In this document: piece after piece, positions 1-10,778 of the stretch
How positions within the stretch are numbered: position 1 is the stretch's first letter
How the letters are laid out: the number at the start of each line of letters is the position of its first letter
Source: Candidatus Iainarchaeum sp.
GTDB lineage: Archaea; Iainarchaeota; Iainarchaeia; Iainarchaeales; JAAZKV01
Reading direction: 5' to 3'
DNA: 64,000 bases
Assembly (NCBI GenBank): GCA_012799645.1
Contig: JAAZKV010000018.1
Span: 41,519 to 105,518 of the forward strand
The notes under the pieces: model-generated
Databases searched by the model: none
Seen by the model: only the letters and a program-made list of their open reading frames with translations
What the model was told of the DNA's origin: nothing
Program-made: the position numbers and the translations under genes

Positions 1-2
1 AT

Positions 3-3000
3 GAAGTAACATTCACTGTTTTTGATTCTTCGGATAATAAAGTTTTGGAAGGAGTTATGTTAAGTGGTTCCATTAATGAAAATCAATTTGATAGTAAAAC
101 CACTGATTCTAGCGGACAAATAATTATTACTACTATTGGCCCGAATTATAATTTTTATGATTTAGTGATTAATGCTTTTTTCCAAACAAAAGAAACTTTT
201 ATTGCAGAAATATCAGCAAAAAAACTTGGTTATCAAGAAATCAAAAATCAAATTATTTCTTTTGAAAATAAAGAAGTGAAACTAAAATTAAGCAAGCTCC
301 CTATTGATCCAAAGTACAAAGATTCAGTAAAAGTGCATTTAGTGGATCAGGATTCTTTAGAAAAAATAGTTGATTCCACACGCCAAGCACACATATTGTA
401 TGAGTGTAAAAATAGAAGAATTCCTAATGCTCCAATTTTAGTAAAGGATGAAGATGATTTATTTTTGGATGGAACATTTAGTATTAATGAAAATAATTGT
501 CATTTTATAATAACCGAAGCTAGCACTCCTGGATACTTGACTAATGGTGCTTCACAAGAAATAAATCCAACAAAGGATGAAGACACAATTTATTTGAGGA
601 AAGTTAATAACACAGGAACAGCAGTTGTTTTTGTGTATGATAAAAACGGAACAAATGAAAGACCATTAGAAAACATAAATGTAGTATTTAATAAAGGATC
701 AACTACACAACAAGGAATTACGAATGCTTCAGGAATAGTTTCAAAAGATTTAGAGGTTGGTGAATATAAAGTAACAATTGATGAAGATGGTTATTATAGT
801 ATTACTCTTGATAATAACAAGATTGTAAAAGTAAAGAAAGGGTTAAGATCACCAGAACTAAAAATTGAATTAACTCCAATTCCTCCGGAGCTTAGAAGAC
901 AAATTTATTTCAAAGTAATTGATTCAAACAACTTTCCTGTGGAAAACGCAAAAGTTGAGTTTATACAATTATTCAAAGATAAAAACGGAAACATATTTGC
1001 TACTGATCCATCTACAAACGAAAGTGAATACATTACTGCTAGTAACAAGATAAATAATAGAAATAATGATAGAACTGATGGGAATGGTTTGTTTAAACAA
1101 ACCGGTTCGTTAAATAATCTTTCAAAAGATATTTTAGCAATAGTAAAAAAAGAAGGATATGTGGTTAAAATATTTGAACCAAAAATTGTTGATTTGAATT
1201 CTAATTACGAAATAGTAACTTTGATGGATTTGGATGAAGAAAATACAGGGAGTGCAAAAGTAAATATTAAAGAAAAGGATACAAATAAACCAATTCCTTT
1301 TGCAACCACATATCTTTACCAAACAATTCAAATAAATGATAAAAATATTTTTGGAGTGAGAGTTGAAAAAAATGGAAAAGAAACAACAAGAGAAGGAAGT
1401 GCAGAGTTTTTGTTACTTGAACCAGGAATTTATTCTGCGGGAGGAGAATTTAAAGAAAAATATTTTTCAGGGATTACTCCTGAAAAAACAATTGATGCGA
1501 ATGAAAAAGTTGATTTTAATATCTACCTAAATTTTAGACTTAGTTCATTAAACATAAAATTAATTAATGCGACAACAAGAGAGCAAATTGCTGGAACTGT
1601 TGAAATAAATTATGTGAATTCGGACGGGACAAAAACTTTAGCAGAAAACTTCAACACCACCACTCAAGGATATTTTGAAAGTAAATTAGGTTATGAAGCT
1701 AATGCAAAATTATTTATTAAAGCGACCGCAACAAATTATGTTAATAGTTTTTTGTCAATAAATGGTGATGTTCCACTAAATGTTGGAGAAAACAATATTT
1801 CAATTTTAATGGTTCCAAAATCCGATCTTGATTTTGATAATGGTGGAACAAATAACAGAAACACTTACACTATTGATGGAAATAATTTGTGTTTAAGAAC
1901 AGCTTCGAACAGAACTTGCACTCCAATCCTTAACCCTAATGAAAGTATTTTTAATGGAATAAAAATCAAAAACAACAAAACTTGTGCTCTAAACAAAGCA
2001 GATTATTCAATAATTTGTGACGGAACTAAATATTATTACTCATCAAGAGTGAATGTATTTTTTGATAATTATTATAATTTAGATGATGATTATTTAAACA
2101 ACACCAGCACCATAAATGGATTATCCTCATCAAACGAGTATTATGTTAGAAACCTTGTAACAATTAATGGAAATGTAACATACAATGAACTCTTATCAAT
2201 GTTAAGAATTAGTGGACCTGGAATTGTAAATGATGTGCAAGTGAGTATTCCTCCAAGAAAAAAAAATAACAAATTTGATTGCAACAATACTGGGTTTGAT
2301 AATATAATAAGGGTTAAAGATAATAATTACTATTTCCCTGATACAAATTGTACAAAAACTAATCCTTTAAAAAATATTCAAAGTGGGTTTGGTTGGGGAG
2401 CTGAACCATTAGAAAAAGGAACTTACTTTTTTATGACTAGAATTAAAACTGATTCAAACTCTGATGGAAATATTTTGAAACTAAATTTTAGAGCAAAAGA
2501 AATTGATAATAATGGAAGCACTGAAACATTACTGCTTACTGAAAATAGAGTGATTGGAGAAATTGATGCTAATGGATTGTTTTTTGTGATAAAGTATGAA
2601 GACAAAGAAATGAGTATTAAAGAATCAGCCCCTCAATCAAGTTCAAATAAACTTACACTAACCCCAAATATTTCAAACAAAATCAGAATACAAATTGTGA
2701 ATAGAACTATTGATGATTTTTCAAATGGATCTACATTAACTGTTTATTCACACAATAGTAGTTCTGGTTTTAATTCAAGTGAGTTGAAAGGGGATTTATA
2801 TTTTGACTCGGATAAAAACAAAAGCAAACTAATTAGTAATAATGTGAATGTTGGCGCATATAAGGAAAGTAATTTTTATGATGTTGATTTGTTTATGGAG
2901 GATAAAAAAAGTGCGTATCTTGTTGTTGTATTAAAGAAAGGAGATGTTGAGAAAAAAATATTTGTTCCTGTTGAAACTAATGGAAAAATTTTAGATCTTA

Positions 3001-4760
3001 AAAGTTATTGTTTTGTTGCTGGACACCCTGGCCAAACTTCTTGGTTGAGGTTTGGAGCAAGAAATGGAACTGATGAGGGAATAAAAATTATTTCAGCAGA
3101 ACTAAAAACTTATAAAAATTGTAATCAAAGCCAAAACCCTGTGGAAATCAAAAATTTGAAAAGTAATGATTCAATTATTTCAACAGTATTTAGTGAAAGT
3201 TATGATGGCACTGATTGTATGAAGTATAAAGTTAATGCAGCAAGTGGTTCTGCAAAATACAATGAATTAGTTGGAACTATTTATGCTGGTAGTTGTGGAT
3301 CGCCTGACATTACACTTGGTTGTGTTATGGTTGATTTGAACCAAAATATTGAAGAAATTAATTTGGATTGGGGCAAAAAAACAGATTTGAGAATTACTAA
3401 TCGCTGTGATGTTCCAATTAATGTAAAAATTGAGTCAGGGTTAATTTGTAAAGTAAAAGGCACTCAAACTGATTGTTCTACAGAAACAACAATAAACCAA
3501 TTTTCAGAAAAAAGTTATGAAGTTACTGCAATTAATCTTTCATACAATCATTCAGCACCAACACCAAATTTTAGTGATGTGCTGGGTTATTACCCAATTT
3601 ATGTTAAAGCAAAATTAATGAATCAAACAAAAAATAGTTATTCTCTTGCAAAAATAGCAAAAGTGCATGTGTATAATAGTGGAGAGTGTTTTTCTATTTC
3701 GCAAGATTATTTTGATTTTACTACTGTGGATTCAATTTCGTTGTCAATAAACAATCGTTGTCAATACACCGGAATTAACAGTTATTTTATTCCAAAAGCC
3801 ACTCTAAATTCTTTTGGGTATAAATTAAATTTGAATAAACCAAGTTACAATACAGTTCAATTTACTCCAAAATTAATTATTAGCGGTGGAACTTATGATT
3901 TTAGAACAACAACTTCAACAGTGGAGGGAAATTCAGGGTATGTTAAAGCAGATCTTGGAAGAGGAATCCCTGTTGAAGGGACAGAATATTCACGTTACAA
4001 TAATTTAGTGTTTAATTTTGATGAAAGTAAAGATTTGAACACAAGTTGGTTACAAATAAGGTTCACTGACCAAAATAATTATGATTCAAATTATGATGTA
4101 AATAAACCTTATGGGGCACAAATAATTCACCCAATCAAAATAACTTATTCTGATGGAGGAGTCGCAGAGTATAATTCAAATTCAACAAGAAATTTTGATA
4201 TTAATTCACAACAAGACCCAATATGTATTGGAAATGAAACACTAGGCAAATGTGAAATTATATCAGAAAACAACATAGAAGTTGCAGGATTATTTTACAT
4301 TAATTTTGACACTAACAAAAAAATAAAAAAAGTTGAATTTAGTGTTTATGGAAATTCAGATACAAGTAATCTTGAGTTAATGATTCAAAAAAATATTTAT
4401 ACTACTGTAACAACAACCGTGCCTGTTTTTAGTGGAAATGAAAATAGTAATGAAATCAATCTTGTAAATGGGAGTTTTTCAATCCCTGCAATTGAAGGAG
4501 CTGAATACGAATTATTGGATATTAATAGAATTAGTGCATTTAAAAGTCCGGCTTTGTTGGGAATGGTTAATCCAAAAATACGTTTAGTTTCAGGAAACCC
4601 TAATGTACAAGTTTGGATTAGTGGAAATAGGTTGTATGGAAAATTTATTGGAAATGATGTGTCCGAATTTAATGATGGAAATATAAGTGGGAGAATTGAG
4701 AAAACATTTGCAACAGGAAATAGTCTTGGAATAATTGATGTAACTGATTTTGTTAAATAA
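3..4760 (+). CDS. Giant secreted/cell-surface protein, 5'-partial. The reading frame is open from nt 3 to the window start, and the track start at 45 is a TTG.
   Basis: 1571+ aa. At least four tandem beta-sandwich repeats resembling carboxypeptidase-regulatory/PEGA-type domains (pattern PxENAKVEF...TD.NG.F...L..G.Y.V). Very many N-x-S/T sequons and numerous paired Cys. No stop upstream within the window. Confidence 0.6.
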   Translation, partial: EVTFTVFDSSDNKVLEGVMLSGSINENQFDSKTTDSSGQIIITTIGPNYNFYDLVINAFFQTKETFIAEISAKKLGYQEIKNQIISFENKEVKLKLSKLPIDPKYKDSVKVHLVDQDSLEKIVDSTRQAHILYECKNRRIPNAPILVKDEDDLFLDGTFSINENNCHFIITEASTPGYLTNGASQEINPTKDEDTIYLRKVNNTGTAVVFVYDKNGTNERPLENINVVFNKGSTTQQGITNASGIVSKDLEVGEYKVTIDEDGYYSITLDNNKIVKVKKGLRSPELKIELTPIPPELRRQIYFKVIDSNNFPVENAKVEFIQLFKDKNGNIFATDPSTNESEYITASNKINNRNNDRTDGNGLFKQTGSLNNLSKDILAIVKKEGYVVKIFEPKIVDLNSNYEIVTLMDLDEENTGSAKVNIKEKDTNKPIPFATTYLYQTIQINDKNIFGVRVEKNGKETTREGSAEFLLLEPGIYSAGGEFKEKYFSGITPEKTIDANEKVDFNIYLNFRLSSLNIKLINATTREQIAGTVEINYVNSDGTKTLAENFNTTTQGYFESKLGYEANAKLFIKATATNYVNSFLSINGDVPLNVGENNISILMVPKSDLDFDNGGTNNRNTYTIDGNNLCLRTASNRTCTPILNPNESIFNGIKIKNNKTCALNKADYSIICDGTKYYYSSRVNVFFDNYYNLDDDYLNNTSTINGLSSSNEYYVRNLVTINGNVTYNELLSMLRISGPGIVNDVQVSIPPRKKNNKFDCNNTGFDNIIRVKDNNYYFPDTNCTKTNPLKNIQSGFGWGAEPLEKGTYFFMTRIKTDSNSDGNILKLNFRAKEIDNNGSTETLLLTENRVIGEIDANGLFFVIKYEDKEMSIKESAPQSSSNKLTLTPNISNKIRIQIVNRTIDDFSNGSTLTVYSHNSSSGFNSSELKGDLYFDSDKNKSKLISNNVNVGAYKESNFYDVDLFMEDKKSAYLVVVLKKGDVEKKIFVPVETNGKILDLKSYCFVAGHPGQTSWLRFGARNGTDEGIKIISAELKTYKNCNQSQNPVEIKNLKSNDSIISTVFSESYDGTDCMKYKVNAASGSAKYNELVGTIYAGSCGSPDITLGCVMVDLNQNIEEINLDWGKKTDLRITNRCDVPINVKIESGLICKVKGTQTDCSTETTINQFSEKSYEVTAINLSYNHSAPTPNFSDVLGYYPIYVKAKLMNQTKNSYSLAKIAKVHVYNSGECFSISQDYFDFTTVDSISLSINNRCQYTGINSYFIPKATLNSFGYKLNLNKPSYNTVQFTPKLIISGGTYDFRTTTSTVEGNSGYVKADLGRGIPVEGTEYSRYNNLVFNFDESKDLNTSWLQIRFTDQNNYDSNYDVNKPYGAQIIHPIKITYSDGGVAEYNSNSTRNFDINSQQDPICIGNETLGKCEIISENNIEVAGLFYINFDTNKKIKKVEFSVYGNSDTSNLELMIQKNIYTTVTTTVPVFSGNENSNEINLVNGSFSIPAIEGAEYELLDINRISAFKSPALLGMVNPKIRLVSGNPNVQVWISGNRLYGKFIGNDVSEFNDGNISGRIEKTFATGNSLGIIDVTDFVK

Positions 4761-4868
4761 AAATCAGGATACGAGGGTGTGGGATAAATTAAATAAAAGA
4801 AATAAGTTAAATAAAAGAAAATATGTAATAATAAAAGGGAATGTATAATCATAAGGCAAAAAAAAGAA

Positions 4869-6554
4869 GTGAATTTTATGAATTATAAAAAGTATTTAGT
4901 TTTTGGTTTAGTAATTCTACTACTTTGTCCACAATTTTTCGCAATGTATACCTCAGAAGATATTACTTGGAATGGGTTTGTTGAAATATTTTTTGACAAC
5001 GAAACTTTTGATTCAAGTAGTGAAATCACTGGATCTATTTTTGTTAATAATATTGAGGATTATCCAATAATTGGGGGAAGATTAGTTTTACAAGTAGTGG
5101 AGATAAATCCTAACCAATCAAATGATTCTTTAAAGGAAAATATTGTGTATGAAACAAGTGTTGATAATATTTGGATAATCCCAGTTTATGGAAAAAAAAT
5201 TGAGTTTAAATTACCTAAATTGAGTGGTGGAAATTACCGACTCGATACTTATTTTTGGGTGTTAAAATCTAAAATGGTTGGATCAAGCGCAATATTGTAC
5301 AACCCAATATCCAAAAATTTTTCGGTTAAAGGACCTGAAAAAAGCAAAGTTGTTATTTTGAGGGATAAAACTTATTTTGGAAATAATGTTAAGGATCAAG
5401 TTGGTTTTCCTGCAATTGGTGGAAAAGAGTTTAGTGGAAAAATTTTTATAAAAAACGAATCAAGTAAAGAAAAAAAAGATTTATCATTAATTGTTACAAT
5501 TTGTGATTGGGCTAGTGCTTTTTGTAATGAAGAAATAATTACAAAAGAAATAAAAATAAATAATATTTTGGCTAATGAAGAGAAAGAAATTGATGTGTCT
5601 TTAATCGCTCCAAAAATTCCTTCAGCGTATGAAATAAATCTAAAATTGGTTGGTGATGGGAGCATTGAATCAATTTACAAAAACAGAGTTATTGTTACTG
5701 GACCCACTGCTAAGTTAAGAAAAATATTTATGACAGGAATTGAAAATGAAAATTATGGTTTTACAGCAACATTCACTGGAAGTCCTGATCACTTCACTTA
5801 CCCTGTGTTTGAAAATTTTGAAATAAAATTTGAATTGTATAATTTAAACAAAAAACTTGAAGAAAAAAGCGAAACAATAAACAAATTAAGCACAACTGAA
5901 TTGGATTCCAAATATTTCAAAGTTGATTCAAAAGAGTTTGATAAAGCGTGTGTTTTGATTACAAAAGAAAATATTGTTTATGAAAAAGAGTGTTTTGAAA
6001 TTAATCTTAAAGAATTAAAAAATAGTTACGAGTCAGTTTACCCAACTCTTGTTGATGTGGAATGGAATTATAATGAAGATAATGAGGTGCTCGAAATTGT
6101 TTTAAAAAAAGATTTAATTAATGCAAAAATAATTTTATTATCAGAGGATAGAACTATTTTTGAAAAAAAAGTGGTTGGTAAAGTGAATAAGTACTCAACA
6201 ACTTTTTCCACTCCTAAAAGAACCATTTTGTTGTTAGTTGATGATTTGGATGCTCTAATTCAACAATCATTTACTTTATCGCTTGATCCAAAAGTTGATT
6301 TGACAAAAAGTGTTGCGGATGATTTTAGTCAAGAAAAAACAATTTGCTCAGGAAGTATGTGCCCAAACGGGTATATTTGTAGTGGACAAACATACAATAC
6401 TGATGAGGGAGTTTGTTGCCCAACAGAGTGTATAAAACAAACAGAGTATGATTCGCAAGAAAGTTTAATACCAAATATTCTTTTTGTTTCAATAATATTT
6501 TTGGTTATAGCAATATTTGTTGCATTTTCTACTTTTAAGAAGGTGAAAAAATGA
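4869..6554 (+). CDS. Type I membrane-anchored surface protein with an N-terminal signal peptide, a Cys-rich juxtamembrane module, and a C-terminal TM helix plus KKVKK tail
   Basis: N-terminus MNFMNYKKYLVFGLVILLLCPQFFA is signal-like. C-terminus ...CSGSMCPNGYICSGQ..CCPTEC...IPNILFVSIIFLVIAIFVAFSTFKKVKK. Stop overlaps the next start (ATGA at 6551-6554). Confidence 0.6.
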   Translation: MNFMNYKKYLVFGLVILLLCPQFFAMYTSEDITWNGFVEIFFDNETFDSSSEITGSIFVNNIEDYPIIGGRLVLQVVEINPNQSNDSLKENIVYETSVDNIWIIPVYGKKIEFKLPKLSGGNYRLDTYFWVLKSKMVGSSAILYNPISKNFSVKGPEKSKVVILRDKTYFGNNVKDQVGFPAIGGKEFSGKIFIKNESSKEKKDLSLIVTICDWASAFCNEEIITKEIKINNILANEEKEIDVSLIAPKIPSAYEINLKLVGDGSIESIYKNRVIVTGPTAKLRKIFMTGIENENYGFTATFTGSPDHFTYPVFENFEIKFELYNLNKKLEEKSETINKLSTTELDSKYFKVDSKEFDKACVLITKENIVYEKECFEINLKELKNSYESVYPTLVDVEWNYNEDNEVLEIVLKKDLINAKIILLSEDRTIFEKKVVGKVNKYSTTFSTPKRTILLLVDDLDALIQQSFTLSLDPKVDLTKSVADDFSQEKTICSGSMCPNGYICSGQTYNTDEGVCCPTECIKQTEYDSQESLIPNILFVSIIFLVIAIFVAFSTFKKVKK

Positions 6555-9067
6555 ATAAAAAAATTATTTTAATAACAATAATTTTTGCGATAATTTTTTC
6601 ACAAATAATTTTTGTTTCAGCAGCAAATAATTGTAAGATAATACACTGTTTTAATCCTATTAAAACTACTGAAAGTAATCCACAATTCCAAATTACTAAT
6701 GATAGTTGTTATGCAACAATTAAGTTTGATATGGATGGAGTGCAGTATAATCATTTTGGGGTTCGTGGTCTTCAAGTTACTTCAACAGGATTTGGACAAT
6801 ACAATTTAGTGTGTGATAATGGAGTGCCACTTAGTGCAAAAGAATTTTTAATTCAACGAGTAACTCATTTACCTTCTGGAACAATTAGTGAAAAAGGAAA
6901 CAGAAGTGGAGATAGCACAATACCATTGAGTGCAGGAAGAAATTATTGTGTTGGGCCAGCGGCTTGTCCAACCGGGAAGGGGGAACTTGTTGGAAAAGGA
7001 GAAACAAATAAAATTACTTATACCTTCAATGATATTGGTGGATATAATTACAAACTTTACCAAGCAATAAACCCCGTAGCAAATATAAAACCAACAAATT
7101 TGAGATTAAAAACAAATAGTGATCAAAATTATTACATTGGAGCCCCTTCATTAATCGTATTGGGCCCAAATGACATTAATAGTGGTTTTTATGAAACAAA
7201 CTCAAATTATGTAAAAGAAATTACTTTTACTTTGTTGAATAAATCACCACTAAAACTAAAATTAGAAAATTATGAAATAAAATGTCCAGGTGCTAGTTGT
7301 CAAATAGATAGAAATTATATTAACCATTATGTAAGTGCGGGTAGTGGAGAACTTGTTATAAGAGGGACTATTACAATTAATAAAAGAAAATTAAACACAA
7401 CTCCGCAAATTAGTGGGGTAGTTCGTCTTGATGTTAATTATTTGGCGGTTGATTTGAACAAACCAACTTGTAGAGATTATTACAAAAATATGACTTCTTC
7501 ACATTACATGAGTTTTAATTATGGAAAACTTGATTCTCAAAAATTCCAAATAGGGCTTGATTCAGAAGTTAATTATGATGGGTGTGTTGGCGAGGATGGA
7601 ATGATTGGAGTAACTGGGGAGGATGTGGTCCCAAGAATAAATATTGGGTTTGGTGGAAAAGAAACTGATGGATTGGTTTCAATTGATGAGTGTGATAGTT
7701 TTGATTTGGAAGGAAACAATAATTCGGATTGGGTTTATTGTTCTAAAAAAGAATTTTTGGTTGAACTTGCAAGAAAAATTTTGAGAACTTGGAAAATACA
7801 AGAAAGAATTAATAATGAGTTACACCAAACAGGACGCGAACCAAACAACGCTTTACTTTATCAACTTGATGCAAATAAAAGTAAGCTTTTAACTTTTAAA
7901 ACAAATATTAGAAAACAATCATTTACTCCACAAAAAATTCAAGAATCATTAAATGCATTAGAAATAAAACTAAACCAATATTTCCTAAAAAGTGGTTTGG
8001 CACAAGAATTAGATAGAACAGATGTGGGCACACAAAAAAATGTGATGAGAAAATTATTCAATAAAGTAAAATTCACTTTTAATGGAAATGAATTCAATAA
8101 TGGAAATATGAATGTGCTTAATACTGGAGAATACCTTGTTAATATTAAAATTGACCAAAATTTTGAAAAATCAACCCAACCGTATTTATTTATTGATAAT
8201 GATTTTAGAAAAGATATAAATCCAAATGTAAACATAGTTGTTGATTTTATTTCAGACGGGGAAACAAATGTTGAGCCGAATTGGTTCTTTTATGATTTCG
8301 AAGATGAGGATTTTGATGACTTAATTGTAACTAATTCACACAGTGATTTTTTTAACACAAATATAAATAATAGAGGAAAACTTTTGGTGTTAGAACAAAA
8401 TTTTAATTCACCAGATATTAACAAATATGTTTTTTCTCCAAGTTATGCAGTGCCAATTTTTGTTGGACTTAAAACTAATCAAAGCGGGGATATGAATAGG
8501 AACTTTTCAGTACAAATAACTGGAAGAAATATTAATGAGTTTAGTTCTTGGACAGGAATTGCTAGTTCGGTAGAAAACGGGTGCATTGATGTAACAAAAC
8601 CAATTGGTGAAGTTTTACCCCCTTTACCTTACAGAGAGTTTGATTCAAAAGACCCAAAAACAACTAATGGTTATTATTTTTCACAATTTGATGGAAATTT
8701 ACTTCCAAATAAAACAATTTATCTCCAAACAATACTATTTTGGCCAAATAATTCTCCTACTGATACAACAATGAGCGCAAATTTTAGTGTTTATACAAAA
8801 GATAAAGATAACAAAACAGGGCCAATAATAATTAATAAAGTTGATTCTGAATTTAGAGTGAACAGTTTAAGTGATGTGGTTAGTGGAATAAAGGATAAAA
8901 AAATTTGTGTGCATAAAACAATTTCTTCAAATAATTCAAATATCTGGACTATATTTTGGAACACAAAAAGTATTTATGAAACAATTTCGGACAGGAAAGA
9001 AAATATTATTGTTAAAACAAATAAAGATGCAAATATTTGTCAAGAAAGAAAATACCTTGGAAGTTAA
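6551..9067 (+). CDS. Large secreted/surface protein (838 aa) with N-terminal signal peptide
   Basis: MNKKIILITIIFAIIFSQIIFVSAANN signal. Cys-rich with many N-glycosylation sequons. Translationally coupled to the upstream gene. Confidence 0.55.
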   Translation: MNKKIILITIIFAIIFSQIIFVSAANNCKIIHCFNPIKTTESNPQFQITNDSCYATIKFDMDGVQYNHFGVRGLQVTSTGFGQYNLVCDNGVPLSAKEFLIQRVTHLPSGTISEKGNRSGDSTIPLSAGRNYCVGPAACPTGKGELVGKGETNKITYTFNDIGGYNYKLYQAINPVANIKPTNLRLKTNSDQNYYIGAPSLIVLGPNDINSGFYETNSNYVKEITFTLLNKSPLKLKLENYEIKCPGASCQIDRNYINHYVSAGSGELVIRGTITINKRKLNTTPQISGVVRLDVNYLAVDLNKPTCRDYYKNMTSSHYMSFNYGKLDSQKFQIGLDSEVNYDGCVGEDGMIGVTGEDVVPRINIGFGGKETDGLVSIDECDSFDLEGNNNSDWVYCSKKEFLVELARKILRTWKIQERINNELHQTGREPNNALLYQLDANKSKLLTFKTNIRKQSFTPQKIQESLNALEIKLNQYFLKSGLAQELDRTDVGTQKNVMRKLFNKVKFTFNGNEFNNGNMNVLNTGEYLVNIKIDQNFEKSTQPYLFIDNDFRKDINPNVNIVVDFISDGETNVEPNWFFYDFEDEDFDDLIVTNSHSDFFNTNINNRGKLLVLEQNFNSPDINKYVFSPSYAVPIFVGLKTNQSGDMNRNFSVQITGRNINEFSSWTGIASSVENGCIDVTKPIGEVLPPLPYREFDSKDPKTTNGYYFSQFDGNLLPNKTIYLQTILFWPNNSPTDTTMSANFSVYTKDKDNKTGPIIINKVDSEFRVNSLSDVVSGIKDKKICVHKTISSNNSNIWTIFWNTKSIYETISDRKENIIVKTNKDANICQERKYLGS

Positions 9068-9234
9068 TTAAATATTAAAAAATTGAGAAATTATTGAACA
9101 AGTGCTAATTAGAAATAATGATTAAAATTAAACAATAATTAAAAGAACTAATTAAACATATTAAACAATAATTAGAAATAATGAGTAGAATGATTAGTGT
9201 TAATTGAATATTGAATATGATTAATTGATTATAG

Positions 9235-10044
9235 TTAAGTGAATAGAGCTAGGTAAATTAAGAATAGTGCTAAAATTATTATCAAAATTAGTACTGCTTT
9301 TGTTGAAAAAATACTTAAATCTATTTTAATTTTTGGAAAACTTTTTTTTTGTTTTGTTTTAGTTTCGGGTTTGTTTTTAATTTTTTTTTGAATTGTTTTT
9401 TTCGTATCAGAAAATAGTTCTTTTGTGTATATCCACCAATTTTTTGGTTTTTTTAAATCATTAAGAGTATCTTTTGTTAGTTCAGTGTACCCTTTTTCTC
9501 TTGGAAGGATTTTGTCCATTCCAATTATTTCTTCATTTAGTGTGTTTATTTTTATTTCAAATTCTTTACCAGCCACTTTTACTTTAATTAAATAATATGC
9601 TAATAAAACTTTTCTTGTACTCGTAATTATTACATTTTGTTTTGGCACTCCAAAATACTCCGCTGTTTTTAGTTGAATCACTTCGTTTTGTTGATTTTTA
9701 TTAATGTTGTTCCATTTTTCTTGGAATTTTTCTTTGGGAGTTGTTTGAGTGGATTTGCTCCAACTATGTTTTATTAATTCAACTAGATCTTCTTCTATTT
9801 TTATTGAGTGTCCATCAATTACAAGCACTCCATCAAATGTGTCTTTTATTATTTCTTTTTTGTCATCTTTGTGTTCAGTGTAGTAGTGATAGTTGTATAA
9901 AAAATATGGCACAAGAATTAGTGTTGGTTGTTTTATTTCTATTTCTTTTTCGCGCCAATCAAGTTTTGTTAATTTTTCTTTTATTTGTTGATTTATTTTT
10001 GGTATTGAAGCATTAATGGGCAATAAGGGACTGCTTAAATACAT
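9235..10044 (-). CDS. Hypothetical protein with an extreme C-terminal TM helix (tail-anchored)
   Basis: 269 aa, K/E-rich and soluble. The last ~25 aa are hydrophobic (AVLILIIILALFLIYLALFT). No recognisable catalytic motif. Confidence 0.4.
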   Translation of the reverse strand: MYLSSPLLPINASIPKINQQIKEKLTKLDWREKEIEIKQPTLILVPYFLYNYHYYTEHKDDKKEIIKDTFDGVLVIDGHSIKIEEDLVELIKHSWSKSTQTTPKEKFQEKWNNINKNQQNEVIQLKTAEYFGVPKQNVIITSTRKVLLAYYLIKVKVAGKEFEIKINTLNEEIIGMDKILPREKGYTELTKDTLNDLKKPKNWWIYTKELFSDTKKTIQKKIKNKPETKTKQKKSFPKIKIDLSIFSTKAVLILIIILALFLIYLALFT

Positions 10045-10092
10045 AAATTCACAGTCCTTTTATTTTACCTCATTAAAATTATTTTTCAAAAT

Positions 10093-10422
10093 CTATTTCT
10101 TTTTTATGATTTTTACTTTTGCTGGTGTCACTAGTAATCTTTCTTGTGATATTGCTGCGATATCCCCGTCAATTTTTTTGATTTCTGCTTTGATATCCGC
10201 AATTAGTTCTCTTAGTTTTGTTGCGTTTCTTTTCTTTAAATCAGCAATATTTACTAGAACAATGTTTCCAGCTTTTGCTTCATTTATTACTGCAGTTGCG
10301 TCAGCATCAACTATTAGATCTAATGGTTTAACGAACGCATCAGCATTTTCATAAGATTCCTCTTCAATTTGATCCATGTTGTTTAAAACTTCTTCTAAAT
10401 CAACTGTTTCAGATTTTGCCAT
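10093..10422 (-). CDS. sepF: SepF-like (DUF552) cell-division protein; the ATG at 10420-10422 is preferred over the track's GTG at 10452
   Basis: About 110 aa. Pattern ...LEEVLNNMDQIEE...IVDADATAVINEAKAGNIVLVNIADLKKRNATKLRELIADIKAEIKKIDGDIAAISQERLLVTP matches the SepF fold signature (GNIVLV..L......R..D...G...G.I..IS..R.L..P). Confidence 0.5.
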   Translation of the reverse strand: MAKSETVDLEEVLNNMDQIEEESYENADAFVKPLDLIVDADATAVINEAKAGNIVLVNIADLKKRNATKLRELIADIKAEIKKIDGDIAAISQERLLVTPAKVKIIKKK

Positions 10423-10452
10423 AACTTTTCTAAAAAAACCCAAAATAACCAC

Positions 10453-10778
10453 CCCGCTTCAAAAGCGACTCTAATAGATGTTTTTATCCAAAACATATAA
10501 AAAGCCCTCGTTAGAAAGTTTGGATTTCAAACCCCAAATGTATTAATCAAACAATCAACCATTATTAGTGGAAGTTCAATCGCTTGGTGGGAACTTCCAT
10601 TAATAATTTGTTTGGGAAAAAATTATTTTATAACAAAATTAAAAAAAATAAAAGAACATAAAAAAATTAAAAGAATTAAAATAAAAAATTTTAAAAAAAT
10701 TTTTTGAAAATTAATGAAAATTTAATGAAACAAAATAATTTTTGAATAAAATAATTTTTTAGGATTAGGTGATTAAAG
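10453..10778. promoter_or_regulatory. Putative replication origin (oriC) / divergent promoter region between sepF and orc1
   Basis: 326-bp non-coding stretch directly upstream of orc1/cdc6. A near-100% A/T tract at about 10620-10760 is DUE-like. Inverted repeat TAGTGGAAGTTC-N13-GAACTTCCATTA at 10566-10602 resembles ORB half-sites (TTCCA/TGGAA dyad). PolD genes lie nearby. Confidence 0.4.
10767..10772 (+). promoter_or_regulatory. Shine-Dalgarno-like AGGTGA, 6 nt upstream of the orc1 ATG
   Basis: AGGTGA is complementary to the archaeal 16S 3' end (..CACCUCC); 6-nt spacer to the ATG at 10779. Confidence 0.45.

Noticed and set aside
4397-4852. 151-aa minus-strand ORF overlapping the 3' end of the giant surface gene
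   Set aside because: It is antisense to a well-supported CDS and has Leu/Phe/Ile-rich low-complexity composition typical of AT-rich antisense frames.
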